Below are positions 14,496 to 27,339 of a stretch of DNA of 64,000 bases, in pieces. The stretch's first letter is position 1. Each line of letters begins with the position of its first letter. The position numbers and the translations under genes were made by a program. This DNA is from the human T2T-CHM13v2.0 reference genome, Homo sapiens, in the NCBI RefSeq assembly GCF_009914755.1, contig NC_060942.1. One strand, 5' to 3'. The notes beneath the pieces were generated by a model, which saw nothing but the letters and a program-made list of their open reading frames with translations, searched no databases and was not told where the DNA came from.

Positions 14496-16757
14496 TATTT
14501 AGAATTATCATTTCAAGGGTAAATGCAATATGCACTACAGCCACTAGAGGATGCCCTGCTTCTGTTTTTGTTCCTCCAGAACAAGATGTGAAGACTGAAA
14601 ATACTTTAAAAAAAAAAAAACTAAACCTTTTATGATAAAGTAATTTACTATTAATGTAAAAAAAATTGCAGTTATTACAAAATATCAGCATTCACTAACT
14701 ACTTATTTTAATTAGTTTAATTGCTTAATACTAAATATTACTTAATACTTCTCTTTAAAGAAAATCACAATTTATTCAGATTTATTGAAAAAGAAATACC
14801 TCCAAAACAAACACATAACTATTAAAATTTTAAAAAGATATATGCATGTACCAATACAAGTTATCTAGTTTATCTGTGGATGTTTACCACACACTGAAAA
14901 ACAATAAAACATGAGGTATTACTAAAACCTCAAGTCAACCAAAACTTGCATTCAGAATATTACTTGTGGTTCTTTTAAGACTATTAAAACCTAAAATAAT
15001 TTTTTAAATACTAAAATGATTGACGTGCTTTGAAAAAAGGCATCTTTTACATCTTCATTGCTAAGGCACAAGCTTTAATAACTATCATTAGTCAGATGAA
15101 ACATTAGTTGTAAGGGCCTAGATTAATGAAAATCTTACTAAGTAGAAAGGAAATTTCCCAACACTATTAATAATAAATTATTATAAGTAGTGATCGGTAA
15201 TTTTTAATATTCCAGTGTGTGTTACTTATACATTATTCACGAATAACCAAACCTCTGTGTATTGTGGAAAAGAAAAGTACATACTGGGAAGACTGGGCAG
15301 TTGATTTCTAATGGGCTTACAAGATCAAACACACAAGTTCATGGTTATAGGATAGGAGGCAGAAATAGAAGCAGAAAACCACAGATTTGTATGGGAAGAA
15401 TTCCTCTACATGCAAGTTCTTACAACTCTGAGGAAACATTTTAAATCTATTTTCAACTTGTGTTTTAGAACTGAGACCCCAAATTAAAGATACTCCCTTC
15501 AGCCCTACTGACTTAATTGCTTTTTCAGGCTTGCACTGCCAAAACGATTGATATTAGTTTTATTTTTAAACACTTGTCAAATGTTCTCAACACATACTAA
15601 TATTTCAATAATTAATAAGTGACCACAGTAACAGTTATTGTGTAGCAGGTACCAGGCACTGGGACAAGAACATTCTCAATTCTGTGTACTTTCCTTATCC
15701 CCTTTGATAGACGAATGCAAGTGAGGCTGAGAAGTTAGGTAACTTTTTCAAGGTCTCACAATAAATAATGAGTAGAATTGGGATCTGAACTTAAGCTTTT
15801 CTATCTTATAAGCATAATCCTCTTCAGGAATCCTAAATGCAGGAGATTTCTCAATTTCCCAATCATGGAGATGGAAATATTGTATATAAACAATCCATTT
15901 CTAATCATGCCCTTCCCATGCCATTCACTAATCCTCCATTCCTGGATTCCAGAAATTGGTTCCATTTTAATCTCTCTGGAAAATCCAACTAAAATACGGA
16001 TCAGCAATCCCTTTTGCTAAGAAATCTCTAACAGGATACAGTATTTGCCATTTCAATTCTATTTGGGGGGATTTTTTTCCCCATGTTTTACTTTTAATAT
16101 ATGGCACAGAAAACTATTTATCATTAAAACATTGGGAACTAATGTCCTATAAAAAAATAGTTTAAATTCTTGGTACTTTTTTTTTAAACTTCTAGCAAAA
16201 ATAAAATTTTAAAAACCCAAATCCCCATTCAAATGAAAATTTTAGTTTATTGAGCCTGGGTAAATTGAAATTAAAGCCTACTCTTAACTGTTGGCATACT
16301 TTTACATGTAAACCAATAACCTGACCTAAGGTTATGTAAGAATCGTCTATTTTAATTTTTCCATGGAGCTAACGGGAGATACTTTACTGTGGAATGTTTA
16401 CTACACACTGAATGTAATATGTCACTTACCTGATAGCACTAATTACTACTGCCTATGTACTTCGGCATTTACTGGAAGCTGTACACTAAGAAAGGAAATC
16501 TAAAGCCTGGAAAAGTGGTCATTTGTGTGTGAAAAAAATAGGAGCCATAAGAAATAGCAGTCTAATTGTATTGACTGGAAATTCCTTTACCTTTTCAGAT
16601 CATAATCAAGGAATGACATAAAAGATAAACGTTGATCTTCTAAACTTAGGATATGTACTTTATATGCTAACATTTCATCAAAAAAATCAAAACTCTCTGA
16701 AGCATTCAACTTTTAAAATAGTTCTAAGTTCCAAAACCTTGATTCTAGCCTGCATGA

Positions 16758-17157
<400 letters not shown>

Positions 17158-17654
17158 CGTGGAGCTGATTTTATAACAACCACTCTTGGCTTAAGTTTAC
17201 TTATCTGTCTACTGGTGAGACAGCATTAGATATTCTGAAGGGTCCCTGTTGTGTAAATCGTGTATTAAATCCTAAGCGTTTATTGAGTACCTAACAATTT
17301 GTTTTCCAACTCGACGATGTTCCCAGATCCAGGCAAATGCCAACCTCAGCGTTCCCTTTTCCGTTTAGTCTCTCCAGCCCCCGTCCCCACCCACAGGCAG
17401 GACCACCTCCGGGGCTGAGAAGTCGTGCTGTCGCTAGGCCTCCCGAGTGTGCAAGCATGTGGCAGAGAAGGGAAAAGAAAGGAAGTCACATTCCGACTAC
17501 AGGCCTGGGCACTTGCTATCCATGGGGACAAAATGTCACCACTGGCAGCAAATAGCGAGAAAAAGTGCAGCGCAGTAGGGAAACAGCGCGTCCGCGGGCG
17601 CGACACCACAGTTTGGGCGCCGACACCCTCCGCGCACTGGTCCCTGAACTTTAC

Positions 17655-17866
17655 CTGGAGCTTATCCCGGTCAGGCCTGATCTCGAAAACGAGGGCTCCT
17701 CAGCGCGAAGGCAGGACCCAGCTCCATTAAAGCTCTCGGGCAGTGGTCCCCTCTACCCACTGAAGCGATAGCCGGGAGGGTATTCCTAAGCCACCACTAC
17801 AACCACCCCTCAATTCCGGAACGCCCCCAATACCTGCCCGGCCGCTGCTGCTATCGCGATAATTCT
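17655..17866 (-). other. PIGN: Non-coding first exon of the divergent gene, most likely PIGN (upstream boundary approximate)
   Basis: Minus-strand donor CTCCAG|GTAAAG with exon end at 17655, inside the CpG island. Gene identity comes from the known head-to-head PIGN/RELCH arrangement; no PIGN coding sequence is visible here. Confidence 0.75.
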
Positions 17867-17908
17867 CGGGCCAGTCTCCCGTCAGTCCGCTCCACGCCTT
17901 CCTTCTCT

Positions 17909-17917
17909 GACCAATCA
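17909..17917 (+). promoter_or_regulatory. CCAAT box (NF-Y consensus GACCAATCA)
   Basis: Motif seen between the two divergent first exons. Confidence 0.65.
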
Positions 17918-17993
17918 TGGAGGAGTCGTGGGTGGAGTTTTGCTTTTGAGCGGAGAGCGGGGCCTTCAATCTTTGCTATCTGGCGCTGGGAAT

Positions 17994-18033
17994 GGGCGGA
18001 GCTGAAGTGGGCTGGGGCGGGGCTGGGGCGGGG
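17994..18033 (+). promoter_or_regulatory. GC-box (Sp/KLF) cluster
   Basis: GGGCGG at 17994 and GGGGCGGGG at 18014 and 18025. Confidence 0.75.
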
Positions 18034-18064
18034 CTAGATCGGGGAGAGGGGCAGGGCACGCTCC

Positions 18065-18315
18065 AGTTCTCGCGAGACTGGAGACCAGGAAGACGCCTGC
18101 AGAGCCGGGCTGCTGGTGCAGCAGAGGCTGAGGCATCAGGTGCAGCTGCATCCGGATCTCCTGCCTTGGAGCGTACTCCTTGTCTCTAAGTCGGGAGGCA
18201 GGACGTGGTCAGGCCGGGGCTGTGGAGGTGCGCTGTGTCCCCTGAGGCCTAGAGGATTCGGGCTGCGGCCCGTCGGAACCAGTCAGGGAGGCGCCCACAC
18301 TCCTGACAGGATAAG
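18065..18315 (+). other. RELCH: RELCH 5'UTR (start approximate)
   Basis: GC-rich, ATG-free stretch between the GC-box cluster and the initiator ATG. The TSS position is inferred, not directly visible. Confidence 0.6.
18068..18077. promoter_or_regulatory. TCTCGCGAGA palindrome (CGCG element; BANP-type motif)
   Basis: Exact match to the well-known CpG-island promoter motif. Confidence 0.8.
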
Positions 18316-18323
18316 ATGGCGGC
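18313..18323 (+). promoter_or_regulatory. YY1 consensus AAGATGGCGGC overlapping the start codon
   Basis: Exact match to the YY1 motif; overlap with a Kozak ATG is common in housekeeping genes. Confidence 0.65.
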
Positions 18324-18841
18324 GATGGCGCCTGGAGGTAGTGGCAGTGGTGGCGGCGTGAATCCATTTCTCAGTGATTCGGATGAGGACGATGACGAGG
18401 TAGCTGCAACAGAGGAACGGCGGGCAGTACTTCGGCTGGGCGCCGGAAGTGGCCTAGATCCTGGCTCTGCGGGCTCGCTGTCGCCACAGGATCCCGTGGC
18501 CTTAGGAAGCAGTGCGCGGCCAGGGCTCCCTGGGGAGGCGTCGGCGGCTGCAGTGGCCCTGGGGGGCACCGGGGAGACCCCGGCCCGATTATCAATTGAT
18601 GCGATCGCTGCTCAGCTGTTGCGCGATCAATACTTGCTGACCGCCCTGGAGCTGCATACCGAGCTGTTAGAGAGTGGCCGGGAGCTGCCTCGGCTGCGCG
18701 ACTACTTCTCCAATCCAGGCAACTTCGAGAGGCAAAGTGGAACCCCGCCGGGGATGGGGGCGCCAGGGGTCCCTGGAGCAGCCGGCGTTGGGGGCGCTGG
18801 AGGTCGGGAACCGAGTACAGCGTCGGGCGGGGGACAGCTCA
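18316..18841 (+). CDS. RELCH: RELCH coding exon 1 (526 coding nt; Gly/Ala-rich N-terminus, LisH-like segment)
   Basis: ATG in strong Kozak context (AAGATGG) inside the CpG island. Translates MAAMAPGGSGSGGGVNPFLSDSDEDDDE...GGGQL, ends at donor CTCA|GTAAGT in phase 1, and joins the 41964 exon in frame. Confidence 0.96.
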
Positions 18842-21107
18842 GTAAGTGGACGCAGCCTGTCACACTCTGGCAGGGTATTTGGGATTGTACGGAGTTACTG
18901 TAGGGGAGAGGGGGTATTTCTGCGTGGGTCCCGATAGGGACATTTTAAGGAACGAGAGTATTGGGGTGGGGGCGCTCTTTTGCGGTGGAAGCAAGAGGAT
19001 CAGGCAATGACTGTTCTCTCTGCCTGCTTCCAACCCTTGGCTGGTGTTGCACTTGGCTCCTGGCTCCCCTACTGGTGTCAGTATCTATAAAATATCAAGA
19101 GTTTCTAGTTCACTGGCTATTACGGGACTCCAGAAGGTTCCCTTTTATACTAGTTTATTGCTTTAAGCATTTTCCTTTTTCTCCAGTTACCTGAATCACA
19201 CTACCAGGAAATAGTGTTACCTGAATTGCCTGCAGTAGTTCTTTGAGTCTGAGCCAGGAGAGAAAGAATAGGACACACTGCTGCTGTCTCCGAAAAGTCA
19301 GATGTACTTAAGACCCTTTGTCTTTGGGACGACTTTTTCACCGCCAAAATTGGGTTTTCTGCTGCACAAAATTTGTTCTGTTGAGATAAAGTTGATGTAA
19401 TTCAGTTTCAATGCCTTAATTTAAGTAATGTCCAAAATTACAGGAAATCCAAGGAGCAAGGCAGACAGGTTCTACCAGCAGTCTGTCTCACCATCCCACC
19501 ACCTTGCAGGCTTTTCTCTTTGCATTAGATAGGAATTGACCTTTTTACCTTGGAATGATTTTTAGCAGCATAGAGTAATCGTTTACCCCATATATTCGTA
19601 AGCATCTCTTATGGCTTGAAAACTTACTGTCAAAGATGTACTGTACTGTATGTAGGATTCCCAGTGTCTCCCTTTTGGGAGGTATCTTAAATATTCCCTT
19701 ACTAATGTATGGAGATGTTTTAGTATGAGGCCATATATTAATTCTATATTAACAAGTATTCATATAGAATTTTTAAACTGCAGCCTAATTGATTTTTTTT
19801 TAATCACTATGCTTTTGAATAGTGCCAGAGACTTAAATTGCCAAACGTAGACGTGGTGGAAGCTTAGGGAGTGCATTTTCTATCAAGGTGAATCTTAAAT
19901 ATATTTCCCCCTTGGATATGGGATTTTCTCAGTAGTTATAATTTCCTTACCCAATATGTAGGATAATCTTCTTTTTCGGGAAAAGATTTTCTCATTGCTG
20001 ACCTTTAAGACTATAAAATGAGACAGTAGTGTAACAAAATTGTTATGTGTGGTGGTGGGTCTTTTTTTGTTTTTTTTTTTTGTTGTTTTTTTTTTTTGGT
20101 TTTTGTGTTATTTCTAAGATTTCTAAATTATCTCATGATTTTTCACCAGACAAGGTCTAGCTAAGATGTCACCTTTGTACATGCTTCCTCCAGGCTTAGG
20201 TAGTTGCTTGGTTTCTTTCATTGTTAACACTTTCAAACCTCCATCATAGCCTTTAGCCCGTTTGTATGTGATTGTTGACAATACCATTTTTCTCCATTGG
20301 TCAGTTCTTCAGAGACATTTTTATAATAAATTTCTCACACTTTGCTCAGTCCCTGGCTGTTGATGAACATAACTGAATTGTATCTGCTGTGTTTTCAACC
20401 GTATTAATACAGTGAAATGGATTATTCCTTAGTTGGTAACTTTATTCATTTAATTTTAAAGAATTTCTTGACCTTTTCACCCTGTCTTATTAGGGCTATC
20501 ATAGCATTGTTTCTAGTGAAAATTCCTCCTTGCAAACTTTTTGTATTGAAAGAATTATAATTGAGCTCATTAAATAGTTTAGCAGTGTTTTAGAGTAAAA
20601 CCTTACTTCTAAGTGCCTTTGCATTATACATTTTTATACTTTCTTGAAATAACTAGAGTCTTATGATCAAATATCACAATTAAATATTCATGTGCACCTG
20701 TGCTTTTCTATTATCCTCATTTATTTGTACCTGTTTTAGGTACTGGATATATAAGTGTTTGTGTTTGTCTCTATGTGTGTGTGTACACATCAAGTTTATT
20801 AAATTTTTACTTAATACTAAGCAAATGAACAACAGGACAAAAAATTCAAAATTATCCATAATCCCACCAATGGTATTTGCTTTTCCTGTCTTTAATGGTA
20901 GTTGCCTTACCTGTCTTTTCTGTGCATGTGTTTTAAAAAACAAAAAATGGATTAAACTGTTTAACATAGTCTTATACAGGCACTATACTTTTTAGCATCA
21001 ACTTGGATGTAAAATTTGCATACAGTAAAATTTACACGTTTTAAGTGTGTGCAGTTTGGTGAGTTTTGACAAATCAGTCACTACCACAATTAAAATACAG
21101 AACATCG

Positions 21108-21478
<371 letters not shown>

Positions 21479-21503
21479 CTAGACCACCACTGATCACTTA
21501 GAA

Positions 21504-21735
21504 CAGAATTTCTCAACCTGGGCCTGGGTACTTTCAACATTTTGGGCCTGGTAATGCTTTGCCGTGGCTGCTGGCCTGTGTATTATAAAATGTTTAACAG
21601 CATCCCTGACCTCTACCCACCAGATGCCTTTAGCAACCACCCCCATACCTATGCCACCCCAGTTATGACCACCAAAAATGTCTCCAGCATTGCCCAGGGA
21701 AGGGGAGGGCATAATTGCCCCAGTTGAGAACTACG
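21504..21735. mobile_element. MER20 (hAT-Charlie) element
   Basis: Inverted termini TTCTCAAC / GTTGAGAA and internal CAGCATCCCTGACCTCTACCCACCAGATGCC and CCAAAAATGTCTCCAG. Confidence 0.85.
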
Positions 21736-22239
21736 TCTTTAGATAAGTTTTGCCTGTTCTAAAATTCGATATAAATAGAATCATAGAACGTATTTTTTTG
21801 TGTATCTGCCTTCAGCATGTTTTTAAAAGTCATCTATGTCTTTGTGTGTATTTCTAGATCATTCCTTTTTGGTTTTATCCCCAAAAGGGGGGGATAAAAA
21901 ATTTGTGTCTTTTAAGACATTTGTGTTTTTTCCAGTTTTGTGTTATTGTAAAGAAAGCTCCCATTTACGTCTTTATGAGAAACTGCCAAACTGTTTTCCA
22001 AAATGGACCATTTAAAATTTCCACCACCAATGTACAAGAGTTCCAGTTTCTGTACATCTCCTAAACATTTGGTATTTTTGGGCTTTTTAATCTGTCATTT
22101 TAGTGAGAATGTAGCAGTGTCTCATTGTGGCTTTAATTTCTATTTCCCTGATGACTAATGATTCTGAGGTCCTTTTCCTGTGCCTTTTGCTTAGTATATT
22201 TTTTATGAAATGCCTATTCAATCTTTTGCACCGTTTTTT

Positions 22240-24618
22240 TCACCTTCAACTTCCAGGGTACATGTGCAGGGTGTGCAGATTGGTGACATAGGTAGACATG
22301 TGTCATGGTGGTTTTCTGCACAGATTAACCCATCACCTAGGTATTATGCCCAGCACGCATTAGCTATTTTTCCTGATGCTCTCCCCCTCACCCACCATGT
22401 CCATGTGTTCTCACTGTTCAGCTCCTACTTATATATGAGAACATACGGTGTTTGGTTTTCTGTTTCTGTGTTAGTTTGCTGAGGATAATGGCTTCCAGCT
22501 CCATCTATGTGCCTGCAAAGGACATGATCCTGTTGCTTTTTATGGCTGGCTGCATAGTATTCCATGGTGTACATGTATCACATTTTCTTTATCCAGTCTT
22601 TCATTGATGGGCATTTGGGTTGATTCCCATGTCTTTCCTATTGTGAATAGTGCTGCAATGAAGATACACATGCCTGTATCTTTATAATAGAATGATTTAC
22701 ATTCCTTTGGGCATATACCCAGTAATGGGATTGCTGGGTCAAATGGTATTTCTGGTTCTAGATCTTAGAGGAATCACCACGCTGTCTTCCACAATGGTTT
22801 AACTAATTTACAGTCCCAGCAACAGTGTAAAAGTGTTCCTATTTCTCTGCAACCTCTCCAGCATCTGTTGTTTCTTGACTTTTTAATAATCACCATTCTG
22901 ACTGGCCTAAGATGGTATTTCATTGTGGTTTTGATTTGCATTTCTCTAATGATCAGTGATGTTGAGCCTTTTTTCATATGCTTGTTGCCGCATGAATGTC
23001 TTCTTTTGAGAAATGTCCATTCGTGTCCTTTGCCCACTTTTTAATGGGATTGTTTTTTCTTGTAAATTTGTTTAAATTCCTTGTAGACTCTGGATGTTAG
23101 ACCTTTATCAGATGTATAGGTTGCAAACATTTTCTCCCATTCTGTAGGTTGTCTGTTCACTCTGATAGTTTATTTTGCTGTGCAGAAGCTCTTAAGTTTA
23201 ATTAGATCCCATTTGCCAATTTTTGCTTTTGTTGCAATTGCTTTTGGCATTTTTGGCATGAAATATTTGCCCGTGCCTATGTCCTGAATGGTATTGCCTA
23301 GATTTTCTTCAAGGGTTTTCATAGTTTTGGGTTCTACATTTAAGTCTTTAATCCACCTTGAGTTAATTTTTGTATAAGTTGTAAGGAAGGAGTCCAGTGT
23401 CGATTTTCTGCATATGGCTAGCCAGTTCTCCCAGCATTTTATTAAATAAGGAATTCTTTCCCCTTTGCTTGTTTTTGTCATGTATGTCAAAGATCAGATG
23501 GTTGTAAGTATCCAGTCTTATTTCTGAATGCTCTCTTCTGTTCTGTTGGTCCGTGTCTGTTTTTGTACCAGTACCATGCTGTTTTGGTTACTGTAACCTT
23601 GTAGTATAGTCTGAAGTGAGGTAGCATGATGTCTCCAGCTTTGTTCTTTTTGCTGAGGATTGTCTTGGCTATACGGGCTCTTTTTTGGTTCCATATGAAT
23701 TTTAAAAGTTTTTTCTAATTCTATGAAGAATGTCAATGGTAGTTAAATGGGAATAGCATTGAATCTATAAATTACTTTGGGCAGTATAGCCATTTTCATG
23801 ATATTGATTCTTCTTATCCATGAGCATCCATTTATTGTGTTCTCTCTATTTCCTTTAACAGTGGTTTGTAGTTCTCCTTGAAGAGGTGCTTCACTTCCTT
23901 TGTTAGCTGCGTTCCTAGGTATTTTATTCTCTTCATAGCATTTATGAATGGGAGTTCATTCATGATTTAGCTCTCTGCTTGTCTGTTGTTGGTGTGTAGG
24001 AATCCCTGTGATATTTGCACATTAATTTTGTATCCTGAGACTTTGCTGTAGTTGCCTATCAGCTTAAGAAGCTTTTGGGCTGAGACAGTGGGGTTTTCTA
24101 GATACAGGATTGTGTCATCTGCAAAGACAATTTAACTTCCTCGCCTCCTATTTGAATACCCTTTATTTCTTCCTCTTGCATGATCCCTGGCCAGAACTTC
24201 CAATACCATGTTGAATAGGAGTGGGGAGAGAGGGCATCCTTGTCTTGTGCCAGTTTTCAAGGGGATTGCTTCCAGCTTTTGCCCATTCAGTATGATATTG
24301 GCTGTGGGTTTGTCATATATGGCTCTTATTATTTTGAGGTATGTTCTTTCATTACCTAGTATATTGAGAGTTTTTGACATAAAGGAATGTTGAATTTTAT
24401 CAAAGGCCTTTTCTGTATCTATTGAGATAATCATGTGGTTTTTGTCTTTAGTTCTGTTTATGTGATGAATTACATTACTGATTTGTGTATGTTGAACCAA
24501 TCTTGCAACTCAGGGATGAAGCCAACTTGATTGTAGTGAATAAACTTTTTGACGTGCTGCTGGCTTCGATTTGCCAGTATTTTATTGAGGATTTTTGCAT
24601 TGATGTTCATCAGGGATA
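22240..24618 (-). mobile_element. 5'-truncated L1PA element (ORF2 RT/C-terminus + 3'UTR), decayed
   Basis: ORFs 24132..24500 ([17 protein letters not shown]...[15 protein letters not shown]), 23170..23490 and 22774..23037 are frameshifted L1 ORF2 pieces. Confidence 0.95.
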
Positions 24619-24760
24619 GTATTTTGCCCTTTTTTAAATTAAGGTTTTTTACATGTTGGTTTTGTTTCATTATTGAGTTGTAAGAGTTCTCTATATGTGC
24701 ATTATCAAATGTGAATTTTGCAAATATTTTCTTCCAGTCTGATTTCCCTTTATTTTCTTA

Positions 24761-25140
<380 letters not shown>

Positions 25141-26086
25141 TTATGTTCTGTATGTCCTTTTGAGAAACATTTGCCTACCCCAGAGTTGCAAAGATTTTCT
25201 CTTACAAGTTTTATAGTTTTGACTTTTACAATTAGGTCTATGGCGGCAGGAACCGTATTTTAATGAAGGTATCATAAAGGAGAAAAGAAATATTTCTTAA
25301 ATATTCCTCCTATAAACATGTAGACATTTATAGTACAAACTTTAGTACAGTTTTAAAATACTTGTATAAAACTGTGCTCAGTACTGTATTTGGAAGATTT
25401 CAACTAAGCTCCTGATCACACAAATTATATTGTCTAGGACAGGGCTACTGCCTATTTTTAAAGGTCCTCTATATATTCAATTTTAGCATGTCGATTGATA
25501 CTACTTGGATGTGATTTTATAATACTCAATAAGCACTTGTTGGTTGATTATAAACGGTTTAAAGATTGGTAGTATGGATTATCTAAAACATTATTTTGAT
25601 TTGTTTTTGTATATATTTTGATTGATATGTGTCTGATCTGAAAATTCAGAATACTTCAGAACAATAAATGTATAATAAAAAGTGGTTTTCTTTATTTAAT
25701 GATGTTTAAGAACAATGCAATCCTATTAACCTTTATAATTTTAGATTTAGTGAATTATCTCCCTAAAACTGTTGACTTAATACTGTAATATAGTTGTACT
25801 TTTAAACATACTTTAAGAAGTCTTCATACTGTTTAATTTTTTTCTTGATTATAAGAATAATCCATATTTACAAAACATTCAAATATGAACAGGATATATA
25901 GCTTTATAAGTTTGATGTTTTCAATAGAATTTCTATTAACTGAATAAAATTACTTTTAACAGATATTCTAAGGAAATCTCAGTTTTGGATAAATTCTTGT
26001 AGCATCGTTGTAATGTTCCTACTAAATTTACATGATGAACCAATTAGATCTTTTATATGTAATATTATTTGCTGGAATATACACAC

Positions 26087-26090
<4 letters not shown>

Positions 26091-26122
<32 letters not shown>
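26091..26122 (+). repeat. (TG)16 microsatellite
   Basis: Directly visible. Confidence 0.97.
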
Positions 26123-26126
<4 letters not shown>

Positions 26127-26479
26127 CACTGTATTTTTGCCAGGTGAGCCAGGATAGCTTCCATTCAGTACTTTGTTTTCTAGTTACATTGCAAGATAAA
26201 AATTGTGGTAATGACATTGATGAACACTGAGCAGGTTATAGTAACTTAGCAAGAGTAATGCTTTTTCTGCTTGAAGCATTAGGGCTCTAATCAAAATTAG
26301 ACTGTAATTTCTTATGATTAGCCCAGTTCTTTGCACAGTAGAGATGTAATGTGATCAAGTGGAGAGGGCAACTAACATGCCTTTTGGTGATAGATTTCTT
26401 TTACCATGCCTTCAGATTTTTATAAGGCAGCTAACAGGAGGTAGTCATTTATGTTTGAATGTAATCATTTCACCTATGA

Positions 26480-26821
<342 letters not shown>

Positions 26822-27029
26822 TGATCCAACGTATCGTTTCTCAGAACTCTGAAAGCATATATCTAACTATGCTCGGTGTTCCTTTCTTAGCATCGCCAAC
26901 ACTAAGATGTCACGATTGCTTTCTTACAAACTTTTCATCCCTTCTACTTTATAAAGTAGTTCCCCTCTGTTAAGTTGGGATTGGATTTAGTGTTTCCTCT
27001 GCTTTCTGAGAGAGAAAATACCAGCGCAA

Positions 27030-27339
27030 TTTTTCTTTTCTTTTCTTTTCTTTTTTTGAGACATAGTCGCCCTCTGTCGGCCAAACTGGAGTGCAGTGGC
27101 ACAATCTTGGCTCGCTGCAACCTCTGCCTCCTGGGTTCAAGTGACTCTGGTGCCTCAGCCTCCTCAGTAGCTGGGATTACAAGCCCGCACCACCACACCT
27201 GGCTAATTTTTGTATTTTTGGTAGAGATTAGGTTTTGCCATGTTGGCCAGGCATGTCTTGAATTCCTGGCCTCAAGTGATCCACCTGCCTCGGCCTCCCA
27301 AAGTGCTGGGATTACAGGCGTGAGCCACTGCGCCCGGCC
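27030..27339 (-). mobile_element. AluS element
   Basis: Antisense Alu dimer. Confidence 0.93.

Larger units (their letters stand above)
17300..18950. promoter_or_regulatory. CpG island / TATA-less bidirectional promoter
   Basis: Abrupt GC- and CpG-rich segment in AT-rich surroundings, containing first-exon donors on both strands. Confidence 0.93.

Noticed and set aside
17337-18595. Many overlapping ORFs on both strands in the CpG island
   Set aside because: Expected from stop-codon scarcity in GC-rich DNA; most start at non-ATG codons and none resembles a known protein.
18842-18903. C-terminal extension SKWTQPVTLWQGIWDCTELL of ORF 18316..18903
   Set aside because: Read-through past the consensus donor GTAAGT at 18842; the spliced frame continues in exon 2.
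22240-24618. Active L1 or domesticated reverse transcriptase
   Set aside because: 5'-truncated and broken into several short frames by stops and frameshifts.
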